A stretch of DNA of 64,000 bases from an uncultured Acidobacteriota bacterium (lineage in GTDB: Bacteria; Acidobacteriota; Terriglobia; Acidiferrales; UBA7541): positions 35,661-99,660 of the forward strand of contig CAWCZV010000015.1 in the NCBI GenBank assembly GCA_963800095.1. Direction: 5' to 3'. Shown here in pieces: positions 36,943 to 46,372 of this stretch. Made by a program: the position numbers and the translations under genes. The stretch's first letter is position 1. Every line of letters begins with the position of its first letter. The notes under the pieces are model-generated. The model was given only the letters and a program-made list of their open reading frames with translations. It ran no database searches and had not been told where the DNA came from.

Positions 36943-37449
36943 TCATTTGAGCTGCGTCGGGATTGCCTCGATGTTCGTGTTCTGTGAAGCGCTGATCTTC
37001 CACTGGCCGTTTTGTTCGATCATGATCTGAGTAAATATCCCATCGCGGGATTTCAGGCGGGGCGTGCCATCCGCATTGCGGTCGCCGGTGATGCCCCAAT
37101 TCACGTGCACGATCGCCACGTCCGGTTTTAGGAATCGAATCTGCGTGTTCGTTGTCTTCCAGATGCTGTCCTTGAACATCACTTGATGCAACCGCACGTG
37201 ATAGTCATAAAACTCCTTCTTCCCATGGCACCATTTTCCAATCACAGTGATGAAATCCGCATCGTCCGTGAATAGGTCGGCGAGGGCAGTGATATCATGC
37301 CGATTCCAGCTCTCTTGCCAGCGGGCTTCGACATCCCGAATCGCCTGCGTGTCGGCTGAGCGGTCAGCTTGTGGGGACGAATATGCCGGGCGCGACGAAA
37401 AGAGAAAGAGCGCCAGAGCTATCATGGAAACTTTCGCGGGAATTTTCAT
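36943..37449 (-). CDS. Secreted SnoaL-like / DUF4440 (SgcJ/EcaC-type) protein
   Basis: Has a signal peptide. IRDVEARWQESWNRHDITALADLFTDDADFI is the typical opening helix of the NTF2-like fold. Confidence 0.65.
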   Translation of the reverse strand: MKIPAKVSMIALALFLFSSRPAYSSPQADRSADTQAIRDVEARWQESWNRHDITALADLFTDDADFITVIGKWCHGKKEFYDYHVRLHQVMFKDSIWKTTNTQIRFLKPDVAIVHVNWGITGDRNADGTPRLKSRDGIFTQIMIEQNGQWKISASQNTNIEAIPTQLK

Positions 37450-37680
37450 GCAGTCCTCCTGCTGGCAATGTCTTTCTGAATCCGCCTTGCTGGAACGGAC
37501 GTCTCCGATTTGGACCTCATTTTTTGCGCATTGTATTCTCCTCCTTCCTTGAACACAACGAGTGCGCCTCTATGTCAACGAGATCGCGCAATCTCGACGC
37601 TTCGTTAATGCCGTCTGACGGCGAAGACGGTAGAGAAACAGGCGACGATGGGACGCTTTGGACATGGAGTGATGAGTTTC

Positions 37681-37709
37681 TTGACATGAATTGTTTTTGA
37701 AGCTATAGG
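37681..37709 (+). promoter_or_regulatory. Candidate sigma70-type promoter for the sulfite dehydrogenase genes
   Basis: TTGACA (37681-37686), a 17-nt spacer and TATAGG (37704-37709) lie about 35 nt upstream of SD GGGAGGA and ATG 37745. Pattern match only. Confidence 0.35.
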
Positions 37710-37744
37710 ATTCGCAAGTAGTTTTCCGTTGGGAGGACCCCAAT

Positions 37745-39106
37745 ATGAATTCCAAGAGCACGAATCGCAGGGGATTTCTGAAGGGCAGCGCCGCGCTGGC
37801 CGGTTTGGCAGTAGGAGCTGTGCCTTTCACGCGAGCCCAAACACTTTCGACCGATACAGCCGAAGAGCGCCCGCCCAAGGATCTTTCCTATGGCGTGCGT
37901 TCCCGTTTCGAGAACTCCGTGCGCACGGTCACTCTCGGAGGGGTCCGCGACATCATTCCGGGTCTGCCGCCGGGCGAAATGGGTCAAAGATTGACGCCGC
38001 TTCAGGATTCAGTTGGGATTATCACGCCGTCCTCTCTCCATTTCATGACGGGCCGCGGTTCGCGCCTCCCTGACATTGATCCTCGCGAGCATCGTCTCAT
38101 GATCCACGGCATGGTGGACCGCCCCCTGGTTTTCACCATGGAGGAGTTGAAGCGCCTGCCCTCGGTTTCTCGGATTCATTTTATAGAGTGCGCGGGGAAT
38201 AGCGGCGTGTCGCATTACAAAGCCATGGTGAAGGGGCTGGAGGTAGCAAATTCCCCGGCACTGACGAAGAGCACGTACGTAATCCAGCAGGTGCACGGCA
38301 GAGTCAGCACAAGTGAATGGACCGGAGTGTTGCTGTCCACGCTGCTCAAGGAAGCCGGCGTTCAAAAGAATGCCAGCTGGCTGGTGGCGGAAGGCGCGGA
38401 CGCGAACCGGCACTCGAAAAGCATTCCACTCGAGAAGGGCCTGGACGACGTGCTGGTGGCGTACAGCCAGAATGGCGAGGCGGTGCGTCCCGAGCAGGGT
38501 TATCCCTTGCGGCTGGTCGTTCCCGGCTGGGAAGGGGTCAGCAATGTAAAGTACCTGAGAAGCGTCAAGGTGGTGGACAAACCCTACTATCTCAAGGTGG
38601 AAACCGCCAACTACACAAATTTAACGCCGGACGGCAAGGCGAGCTGGTATGAATTTCAAGTCGGACCGAAATCCTTAATCACGCACCCATCCGACGCGCA
38701 CCAGTTGCCCGGCCGCGGATTGTACGAGATTACGGGTTTGGCTTGGTCCGGCCGAGGCGCGATCAGCAAGGTGGAAGTGAGCACCAACGGCGGAAGGACC
38801 TGGAAGGAAGCACGGCTCCAGCAGCCCGTTTTTCGAAAGGCGTTTACTCGATTTCGCCTCGCGTGGAATTGGGACGGAGAAGAGACTCTGATCCAGTCCC
38901 GCTGCACGAACGAATATGGGGACATTCAACCGTCGATGCGAGAGTTGGGCAAGCTGTGGGGCGATAGAACGGAACCCCCTGTAGCTGGCAATGACGTTGA
39001 GACCTTTTGGCAAGATGCGCCAATCATGGAATTTTTCTCAAATCCGATTCAGCCTTGGAAAGTGGCTCGCGACGGGAGCGTTCAAGATGCGCTTTACAAG
39101 AGCTAG
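37745..39106 (+). CDS. Molybdopterin sulfite dehydrogenase catalytic subunit (SorA/SoxC-like), Tat-exported
   Basis: Twin-arginine signal NRRGFLKGSAALAGLAVGA. The Mo-domain and dimerisation-domain layout fits the sulfite oxidase family. 453 aa. Confidence 0.8.
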   Translation: MNSKSTNRRGFLKGSAALAGLAVGAVPFTRAQTLSTDTAEERPPKDLSYGVRSRFENSVRTVTLGGVRDIIPGLPPGEMGQRLTPLQDSVGIITPSSLHFMTGRGSRLPDIDPREHRLMIHGMVDRPLVFTMEELKRLPSVSRIHFIECAGNSGVSHYKAMVKGLEVANSPALTKSTYVIQQVHGRVSTSEWTGVLLSTLLKEAGVQKNASWLVAEGADANRHSKSIPLEKGLDDVLVAYSQNGEAVRPEQGYPLRLVVPGWEGVSNVKYLRSVKVVDKPYYLKVETANYTNLTPDGKASWYEFQVGPKSLITHPSDAHQLPGRGLYEITGLAWSGRGAISKVEVSTNGGRTWKEARLQQPVFRKAFTRFRLAWNWDGEETLIQSRCTNEYGDIQPSMRELGKLWGDRTEPPVAGNDVETFWQDAPIMEFFSNPIQPWKVARDGSVQDALYKS

Positions 39107-39677
39107 CCTTTTACTCCCCGCGATGGCCCTGCTCGCGTGCGGCGTGGCCATGGCACAGTCGCCTACCTATAAAGTGGGCAGGCCTCCGACGGAAGCGGAA
39201 TTGCGCGCCTGGGATAACGTCGTCGGCACAGATGGAAAAGAGCTCCCACCTGGAGCTGGAACGGCCAAAGACGGAGCAAAGGTCTACGCAGGAAAATGTT
39301 TCTTCTGCCACGGGCCAACCGGGACCGAAGGTCCGGCCCCGCGTCTGGTAGGCGGCGTCGACTCAGTCTCCACTCGAACTCCAATATTGACTCTTGGCAG
39401 CTATTGGCCGTTCGCGACGACGGTGTGGGACTATATCAACCGCTCCATGCCACGGGACGCCGAGGGTTCTCTCACTCCCGACCAGGTTTACGCCGTGACT
39501 GCTTTTCTGCTCTACAAGAACGACATCATCAAAGAGAGTGACGTCCTCGACGCCAAGACTCTCCTGAAAGTCCAAATGCCGAATCGTTACGGATTTTTCC
39601 CTCCCAAGCCGGAAGCAACGGCGAAGAACGGGAATTGGAAACCCAATTGGAATCAAGCAAAACCGGCTGCTCGGTGA
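39087..39677 (+). CDS. Monohaem cytochrome c subunit (SorB/SoxD-like)
   Basis: ATG 39087 overlaps the sorA-like 3' end by 20 nt. The product has a signal peptide, CFFCH (CxxCH) and a distal Met region. Confidence 0.75.
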   Translation: MRFTRASLLLPAMALLACGVAMAQSPTYKVGRPPTEAELRAWDNVVGTDGKELPPGAGTAKDGAKVYAGKCFFCHGPTGTEGPAPRLVGGVDSVSTRTPILTLGSYWPFATTVWDYINRSMPRDAEGSLTPDQVYAVTAFLLYKNDIIKESDVLDAKTLLKVQMPNRYGFFPPKPEATAKNGNWKPNWNQAKPAAR

Positions 39678-39744
39678 CAGCGCCATTCGCGACGAGGATA
39701 TCAATTGAAGTCTTTGCACGTCTTTCGAATTCGCAGAAAGTTTT

Positions 39745-39928
39745 CCGGCGCTGAAAGCGCCGGTGCATGTTAGCCCAGGGCAACGCCCTGGGTTTCGGAA
39801 TCGGATTGATCGCAGTGCGCCCTGAAGGGGCGCAGGATCCCCCTCCGCCCTTTCAGGGCGAGCAACATTACCTAGGGCACGATACCCGGGGCGTTGCCCC
39901 GGGCTAGTTACCTCCGCGCCGTTGGCGC
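39745..39928. repeat. Cluster of six GC-rich hairpins arranged as a MITE-like palindromic unit
   Basis: TGTTAGCCCAGGGCAACGCCCTGGGT (39768-39793) is mirrored by ACCCGGGGCGTTGCCCCGGGCTAGTTA (39884-39910). Inner hairpins GCGCCCTGAAGGGGCGC and CGCCCTTTCAGGGCG are also mirror-related. Outer hairpins are CCGGCGCTGAAAGCGCCGG and GCGCCGTTGGCGC. Confidence 0.75.
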
Positions 39929-39988
39929 GATATCACGGCCGTGCTTTCATCCGGAGAAAACTGCCAAGAGGAGTTTATGAGATTGGTT

Positions 39989-40989
39989 GGCTCTGTTGAC
40001 ATCCTCAATAAAGGCGGCGATGTTTCAACCGGTACATATTGAAACTCAGTCCGAGCAGCAGCGCTTGGCGCTTCTGTGTGCGCAGCGAGCGGCCCGGCGC
40101 ACGGGCCGAGAGCTTACGCTTCACCGAGCTGAACATGGTCTCGATCAGGGATCGGCGGCGGTAGAGTTGTCGCGGGAATGCGCGCCGCATCTCGGCGCGC
40201 ACTCCATGGATGCGCCAGCTTTTCTTTCCGCGCTTGGCGGGAATCACGCTCTGCGCCCCGAGTTGTTTCCGGATGTAGGTGTGGTTCCTCTCGCTGTCGA
40301 ACTCGGCGTCGGCCAGCACCAGGCCGATGCGCGTTTGCTCGGAAGCCGCTTCGACGACCTCCGGCAAATTGGCACAATCGTTCCACGGGCCGCGTCGCGC
40401 GATTTGCGACAACACAAATTGCTGATCCAGATCCACCACGACTACCCACTTCAGCCAGTGACGCCACGGCAGCGGTTTCTGCCCGTGATGATGCATGCGC
40501 CGCACAAAGAACGTGCTGACCGCTCCCTGGGCCAAGCCCGTCGCATCGACCGCGACGCGGGCTCGCCGCCGTCCTTTTCTGCGCGTGCCGCGCAGTTGGC
40601 GCACCGTCTCGCCGACCGCCCGGTCGATCGTCACATCGTCCAAACGCTGCAGGAAACGATACAAGGTCGTGAAGTCGGGGACACTGGCAAGACCCAACGC
40701 TTGGCGGAGTTCGCGATGCTCGCCGAGCCGCACCTCGGTCTCGCGAAAGGTCCAGTCTTCGTAACGCATCAGACAGAGAATCGCCAGCAGTTGGGGTTGG
40801 TTGAACAGGCGCTTGCTGAAACGACTTCGGTAGCGCGGGAGCACCGCCTTGCAGACTTGCAGGGCGACGCGGGCAAACGGCAGGAGTCCGACTTCGGCCA
40901 TCGCACCTCCTGCTTCCATAGAAAACAACAATTGCGAACGATCGGATACGCCGAATTTTCATTGTCGTAGCGAGGATGTCAACAGAGCC
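39989..40989 (-). mobile_element. IS5-family, IS903-group insertion sequence (1001 bp)
   Basis: Perfect 18-bp terminal IRs GGCTCTGTTGACATCCTC (39989-40006, and inverted at 40972-40989). They are flanked by a 9-bp direct duplication AGATTGGTT (39980-39988 and 40990-40998). The IR start resembles the IS903 IR GGCTTTGTTGA (from memory), and the 9-bp TSD fits that group. Confidence 0.85.
40005..40931 (-). CDS. IS5/IS903-group DDE transposase
   Basis: 308 aa. VAVDATGL, LADAEFDSERNH and RSLIETMFSSVKRKL are the DDE and Y-R-E signature blocks. The long plus-strand ORF 39987..40970 is its antisense shadow. Confidence 0.85.
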   Translation of the reverse strand: MLFSMEAGGAMAEVGLLPFARVALQVCKAVLPRYRSRFSKRLFNQPQLLAILCLMRYEDWTFRETEVRLGEHRELRQALGLASVPDFTTLYRFLQRLDDVTIDRAVGETVRQLRGTRRKGRRRARVAVDATGLAQGAVSTFFVRRMHHHGQKPLPWRHWLKWVVVVDLDQQFVLSQIARRGPWNDCANLPEVVEAASEQTRIGLVLADAEFDSERNHTYIRKQLGAQSVIPAKRGKKSWRIHGVRAEMRRAFPRQLYRRRSLIETMFSSVKRKLSARAPGRSLRTQKRQALLLGLSFNMYRLKHRRLY

Positions 40990-40998
40990 AGATTGGTT

Positions 40999-43314
40999 CT
41001 AGTGGTTCACAATCTGAATTAGATTGCTGTAATTGTCGGTCCACGGACGGATCATTCGCGCGGGAGTGGCGGTCTCGCCGGTGCTATGTGCTCCCGTGGC
41101 GACTTCTGGAATACTCTCTCCGGTTGAAACTAGCATCCAGTCGCTCACAAGGTACGCCCGCCCATCCCCTGAAGAATGGACGTAGGTAGCTTTCAGTCCA
41201 AGACTTTTTGCCGCTGAGAACACCACGGGTTTCAAGTCGAGATAACTATTGGTAATGTGTATGACCAGAATTCCAGAAGATTGTTTCAAGAGTCTCATGT
41301 AAATTTCAAACGCTTCCAGCGTTAGAAGATGGACCGGGACTGCATCTCCACTGAATGCGTCAATCACCAGAACGTCAAAACCTTGTTCTTGGGGCTGCTC
41401 CAATTCGCGCTCCAGGGAGAGACGCCCGTCGCCAGGAATCACGTCGACTCGGGCCAGAGAATCGCTCAGATAGGTGAAGTATCTCCGGTCACTCGCGATG
41501 CGAATCACATCGGGATTGATCTCATAGTAGCGCACGATGTCTCCAGGCTTGCCGTAGGCGGCAATCGTTCCGATGCCCAGTCCCACAACACCAATCCGTA
41601 GATTTCCTTTTGCCAGAGAAGCTAACGAAGTGGCGTGGCGTATAGCGATGCCCACGCCGCTGGTGGGGCCGAAGTAAGCCGCGGGCATTCGCCGATCTGC
41701 CTCCGCGCGCAGCTGGAATCCATGCAATACACGGCCGTGCACCAAGCCGTAGGCAGCCCGGGCCGGATCATCCATGTTCTGCGGCTTTATTGAAAGGACG
41801 CCGTAGAAGCTTCGGGACGTTTGAATGGCGTTTCGTGCGCGCGCAAAGGCCGTCCCCCCAAGCGTAAGAGCCGCGATGAGCAGGGCCACCGTACAATAGA
41901 CTCGCGCAGACTTTTCCCTTGCCAGGGTCGATCCCGTCTTGTTTCGTTTGCTTAGCACATAGGCAATCAATGCAAGCGCAAGGAATGCTGAAAGGTGGAT
42001 GACTGGTTTATTCTTCGTGGCCACGGTTACCGCAGCGCTTTCAGGAAGTAACGCCGCGACTGCGGCGACAACTACAGGTGATCCAAACTTACTTCGGTAC
42101 AGCCACGACTCCTCGTCTTGAACCAGAATCACAAGCAGGAGCAGTGCCGCCATCCACAAGCCCATCTGATATTCCCAAAATCCCTTGAAAATATGCGGGG
42201 CCACCAATGCGACAAAAATTCCTCCCAGGGCTCCGCCTACGGCCACCGTCAAGTAAAAAGACGTCAGAAAGCGAGGCTCCGGCTTGGCGCGCGCCAATTC
42301 TCCATTGCATACCATGCAACAAATAAAGAGAACAATTACGGAAATCACGATCTGGACAATGATGCTCCCCAGCGCACCGTCGTACAATACGAAGCAGGCA
42401 GCCCAAATCGCCAATCCAAATGCGGGATGAAACCATTTTCTCGAATACCATCCGTCGTGTTCGAAGCAGATGACAAAGGTAAGCAAGTAGACGCCGAGCG
42501 GCACAATCCAAAGCAGGGGGACAACGCCAATATCCTGGCAAATCTGGTTCGTAGTGGCGAGGAATAATACCGAGGCACACGCCGACAAGCTGCCCCACAA
42601 AAGATATTTTTCTTTTCCTGGCCGCGCATTGCCGGTGCTTTCGGCCGACACAACTTCCGGCGATCCGATTTCCTGACCACTACTCTTTACTCCTCGCACG
42701 GCGCAATACATGCAGCTCAAAGCAAACATGAGATACGCCAATGACCAGAACCAGGCCTGCGATTTTAATGTCAATCCGGGTTCGAACAGGATTGGAAATG
42801 CAAGGAGTGAAAGGAAGGAACCCAGGTTCGAAAGGGAATAGAGCCGGTAAGGAGATCCGCTTCCATACACTCGCCAGTACCAGGCTTGGAGAAGGGGTCC
42901 GGTTGAAGAGAGGACGAAAAAGGGCAAACCCACGCTGACGCTGAGAAGAGTCACGATCTGAAATACCGGATGATCCGCACCCTGCGGTTTCCAGTTTGAA
43001 CCGGGGGTGATCGGAGAACTCCAAATGACTGCAAGAAGCCCTAAAAGGACGAGCGAACTCGCTACAACCGCGCAGTGAAGGAACGCCTGTGCGCTTGATT
43101 TCAATCGGCTTAGCCAATGAGCGTAGGCATAGCCTCCGACCAGCAGCACTTGAAAAAATAGCATGCACGTTGTCCACACCGCCGCAGCCCCGCCGAACCA
43201 CGGCAGAATGTACTTGCCAAGAAGTAGTTGTACCCAGAAGAGAAGAAATGCGCTGAGAAAAATCGTAATTCCAAACGGGGCTTTTGCGGGACGAGGGGTT
43301 AAATTTTCGGGCAC
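40999..43314 (-). CDS. Polytopic membrane protein fused to a spermidine synthase-like methyltransferase-fold domain
   Basis: The first ~480 aa are highly hydrophobic with many TM segments. The C-terminal VVGLGIGTIAAYG...YYEINPDV...FDVLVIDAFSGD matches the spermidine-synthase-like fold. Confidence 0.7.
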   Translation of the reverse strand: MPENLTPRPAKAPFGITIFLSAFLLFWVQLLLGKYILPWFGGAAAVWTTCMLFFQVLLVGGYAYAHWLSRLKSSAQAFLHCAVVASSLVLLGLLAVIWSSPITPGSNWKPQGADHPVFQIVTLLSVSVGLPFFVLSSTGPLLQAWYWRVYGSGSPYRLYSLSNLGSFLSLLAFPILFEPGLTLKSQAWFWSLAYLMFALSCMYCAVRGVKSSGQEIGSPEVVSAESTGNARPGKEKYLLWGSLSACASVLFLATTNQICQDIGVVPLLWIVPLGVYLLTFVICFEHDGWYSRKWFHPAFGLAIWAACFVLYDGALGSIIVQIVISVIVLFICCMVCNGELARAKPEPRFLTSFYLTVAVGGALGGIFVALVAPHIFKGFWEYQMGLWMAALLLLVILVQDEESWLYRSKFGSPVVVAAVAALLPESAAVTVATKNKPVIHLSAFLALALIAYVLSKRNKTGSTLAREKSARVYCTVALLIAALTLGGTAFARARNAIQTSRSFYGVLSIKPQNMDDPARAAYGLVHGRVLHGFQLRAEADRRMPAAYFGPTSGVGIAIRHATSLASLAKGNLRIGVVGLGIGTIAAYGKPGDIVRYYEINPDVIRIASDRRYFTYLSDSLARVDVIPGDGRLSLERELEQPQEQGFDVLVIDAFSGDAVPVHLLTLEAFEIYMRLLKQSSGILVIHITNSYLDLKPVVFSAAKSLGLKATYVHSSGDGRAYLVSDWMLVSTGESIPEVATGAHSTGETATPARMIRPWTDNYSNLIQIVNH

Positions 43315-43577
43315 AGTATAGTTTAGCTAAGTAATTTCTCTCGCCAGCTGAGGATTTTTATCGCAGTTCCTTACAATTAACTCTCGACGGCCTCACTGTT
43401 CAGGACTGGCGTCAGCGAATGAAGGATTGAGGAAACAAAAGCTTGGGCTAGCAATCAGGCTGTTCGGCAGGCAGGAATCTCGCACGGATCGCACAATCCT
43501 CGCAACGCAGATCGCGCTTGTAACGTCAATGAACACAGAAACAAACAGACAACTTGAGCGTTCAGGAGGTATGAACC

Positions 43578-44957
43578 GTGTCCAACCTATCCTCCAAATC
43601 CGATTCGAGTTCGAGTTTATCACGCAGGGATTTGCTCCGCGGTGCTTCGGCGGGAGCTGCTCTTTCGTTGGCGGTGCCGGCCCTCACACGGAGCCGAGAG
43701 GCGCAATCAGCCGACAATCCTACAAAAACCCCGCCTGCAAACCGCTTGAGCGCCGCGTCGATGCCTCAAGGCTGGACCCTCGATGAGATCCACCGCCGCT
43801 GGCAGACCGTTCGCCTGCGGATGAAGGATGCCCATCTGGATTGTTTGCTTCTCCCGGGCGCGGAGCCTGACGGGCGGTATCTGAGCGCATCTTCGGCGAA
43901 CTGGGTCGTGTTCCCTTATGACGGAAGGCCAGCCGCAATTTTTGTTGGGCGCGAACCCTTGCCCGTGGAGATTCTTGGAGCAGGATCGCGCGAAAAGTCC
44001 CGCGACAAGGAAAAGAAGGATGTCGACCTGGGAATGGATTTGCGCTCGCCCCGCACGGAAGAAGAGGGCATGGTATCGCCGATCCTCATCGACGTGCTGC
44101 GCGAAAAGGGAATGGCGCAAGCTCACATCGGCGTGGGCAATCTGCAGGATGTCTACAGGAATCTCGAAGGAAACGTCAATTACACGACGTATGACCGCGT
44201 CCTAAAAGCGTTTCCGCAAGCAAAATTCACGCCGGCTTCGGACTTAATGATGCGCGCCAAGCTAGTCCGCAGCGCGGAGGAAATTAGCGTATTTGAGAAG
44301 GCCACTCAGGTAGGCGAGGCAGGCCTGCGGGCGATGTTCGCTGCCGCGCGTCCGGGAGTCAGCCATCGGGAAGTTTGGACGAACGTCTGGCGGACCATGT
44401 GGGAGGCTTCAGGGGAATATCCGCGCGTGTCCATCGCGGCGAATGCGCAGGGGGCAAGCACGCATGCGCGTCCGGTGGATGAAGCGCTCTCTTCCGGCGC
44501 AGTGCTGGCCGAGGAGATCACCTCTTCCGTTCTGGGATATCAGGCGCAAGTGAACCACTCCGTGGCGCTCGGCGCAGCGCCGGCGGACTGGGATTCTGCG
44601 GCCGCGTATTCGATCGAATTGTTCCAGATTCTTCTCGACTGGATAGCTCCCGGAAAGACTTATAAGGAGTTCGTTGATTTCTATGGACAGAAGCAGGAGG
44701 CGCGGGACACGAAGCCGCAGAATGTAGTCCTGTGGACCTGCGGATTCGGCGATGGCCCACGCTCGGGACCGGGAGGCAGGACGGAAGGCGTGAACCTGTC
44801 GTTCGAAGCCGGCCAGGTATTCGATCTGAAACCAGTGATCGCCGTGCGAAACGGCAACGGGGCCTTGGCTCAATTCGGTGACACTGTTTTGGTCACCGAA
44901 AAAGGAGCTCGACGGCTGGGAACGCGGAAACTGGAAGTGATGACTCTACGCGGGTGA
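43578..44957 (+). CDS. Tat-exported M24-family (creatinase/Xaa-Pro peptidase fold) protein
   Basis: SD AGGAGG precedes GTG 43578. The product has a twin-arginine signal SRRDLLRGASAGAA. The pita-bread-fold assignment rests on overall similarity as I recall it, and the metal ligands were not verified. Confidence 0.5.
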   Translation: MSNLSSKSDSSSSLSRRDLLRGASAGAALSLAVPALTRSREAQSADNPTKTPPANRLSAASMPQGWTLDEIHRRWQTVRLRMKDAHLDCLLLPGAEPDGRYLSASSANWVVFPYDGRPAAIFVGREPLPVEILGAGSREKSRDKEKKDVDLGMDLRSPRTEEEGMVSPILIDVLREKGMAQAHIGVGNLQDVYRNLEGNVNYTTYDRVLKAFPQAKFTPASDLMMRAKLVRSAEEISVFEKATQVGEAGLRAMFAAARPGVSHREVWTNVWRTMWEASGEYPRVSIAANAQGASTHARPVDEALSSGAVLAEEITSSVLGYQAQVNHSVALGAAPADWDSAAAYSIELFQILLDWIAPGKTYKEFVDFYGQKQEARDTKPQNVVLWTCGFGDGPRSGPGGRTEGVNLSFEAGQVFDLKPVIAVRNGNGALAQFGDTVLVTEKGARRLGTRKLEVMTLRG

Positions 44958-45072
44958 GTTTTTTCAGAGAACGAGCGGGTGCTTTGGTTGACACGCACTA
45001 TCTCAAGGACTAGACTCCGCGCAGTCGAGGGTGGAATCCCGGGGTCGCAGAACACGTTAGGAGGAGAGGCTG

Positions 45073-46305
45073 ATGAACACCAATAGAAGTGTATGGAGCA
45101 GGACCTTCGTTGTGTTGGCCGGCTTCTGCTTGTTGGTCTTATGCGCGGCGCTCGGCGCGCAGACGCTCACCGCGCCAAAATACAAGTTCGATCCGGACTG
45201 GCCCAAACCCTTGCCGAACAAGTGGAAGATGGGAGGCGTCACGGGGCTTGCCGTGGATAAGGATGACAACGTGTGGGTGCTCGATCGTCCGCATGACTTG
45301 AGAGACATGGAACTGCGCGCAGAGCTGCCCAATCCTCCTGCCGACTGTTGCACTCTTCCTCCCTCGATGATTCACATCGACAAGAACGGCGACGTCATCG
45401 GGTCCTTCGACGCGCCGGAAGGACACGGCATGGCCGTGGACAGCAAAGGGTTTGTCTACATTGGACAGGACACGGTCCGCAAGTACGATCCCAAGACCGG
45501 CCAGCCCGTCGGCGAAACACCTCGCGTGCCGGACAGACTGGCGGTGAACGGCGAGGCTGCTCTCAGCAAGCAGCCTCACATTCCAGGCAAGGGAGGCCCT
45601 GGCCCGCTCGGAACATTTCCGGGCAGCGTTGGCGGCGGCCCTCGGCCCGATCCAGCGGCTGTCGCAGCCTTCCGCGCGAAGTATCCGCCGTCGACGCCGA
45701 TGATTGTGGGAAACATCGAAGAGATACGCCTGGACGAACCCGCGCACGAACTTTACGCCACGGATAGTTATCTGGGCGGGCGCGTGATGGTGTTTGATCT
45801 GGACACTCTCCAGTTCAAGCGCGGCTGGGGCGCCTACGGAAAGCCGTTATCGGAAATGAGCACCGATGACGCAGACCGCAAATACACGCCCAACGGCCCG
45901 ATGCCCAAGGAGTTCCGAGGCCACCTCACGCTGAATATTTCCAAGGATGGGTTTGTCTATGCCGCCGATCGGATGGCGAACCGCATCCAGGTCACCACGA
46001 AGCAAGGCAAATTCGTGAAGGAATTCATCCTAGCGCCGACGACGGGCCTGGGCGGTTCCACCGGCGGCGTGGCCTTTTCGCCCGACAAAGCGCAGCACTT
46101 TTTGTTTATTTCCGATCTCACCAACAACCACATCTGGTTCCTCGACCGTGAAGAAGGCACCGTCGTGGGACAGATGGGCACCATGAGCCAAAACGGCGGC
46201 CAATTCATGGGGCTTCACATGATCGCCGTCGATTCGAAAGGCAACATCTACACGGGAGAAGTTTCGAACGGAGAGAGGGTGCAGCGGTTCGTACCCGTTA
46301 AGTAA
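45073..46305 (+). CDS. Secreted NHL-repeat beta-propeller protein
   Basis: Has a signal peptide. Six repeats of the type GLAVDKDDNVWVLD, GMAVDSKGFVYIG, LYATDSYLGGRVMVFD, FVYAADRMANRIQV, FLFISDLTNNHIWFLD, HMIAVDSKGNIYTGE. Confidence 0.7.
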   Translation: MNTNRSVWSRTFVVLAGFCLLVLCAALGAQTLTAPKYKFDPDWPKPLPNKWKMGGVTGLAVDKDDNVWVLDRPHDLRDMELRAELPNPPADCCTLPPSMIHIDKNGDVIGSFDAPEGHGMAVDSKGFVYIGQDTVRKYDPKTGQPVGETPRVPDRLAVNGEAALSKQPHIPGKGGPGPLGTFPGSVGGGPRPDPAAVAAFRAKYPPSTPMIVGNIEEIRLDEPAHELYATDSYLGGRVMVFDLDTLQFKRGWGAYGKPLSEMSTDDADRKYTPNGPMPKEFRGHLTLNISKDGFVYAADRMANRIQVTTKQGKFVKEFILAPTTGLGGSTGGVAFSPDKAQHFLFISDLTNNHIWFLDREEGTVVGQMGTMSQNGGQFMGLHMIAVDSKGNIYTGEVSNGERVQRFVPVK

Positions 46306-46372
46306 GTAAGAAGTTAAGGAATTGTTTTTATGCTGAAAAGCGGGCGGGGGGTGAGAGGGTCCACGCGACCCA

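Noticed and set aside
39981-39987. An alternative reading of the IS903-like ends as a 19-bp IR (TGGCTCTG...) with a 7-bp duplication GATTGGT.
   Set aside because: Starting the IR at GGCTCTGTTGA gives an exact 9-bp duplication AGATTGGTT on both sides. It also matches the IS903-group IR start and TSD length, so the 18-bp/9-bp solution is preferred.
39987-40970. A 327-aa plus-strand ORF across the IS903-like element.
   Set aside because: It is an antisense shadow of the minus-strand transposase, which carries the DDE/YRE blocks. The plus-strand product is Arg/Ala/Gln-rich low complexity.
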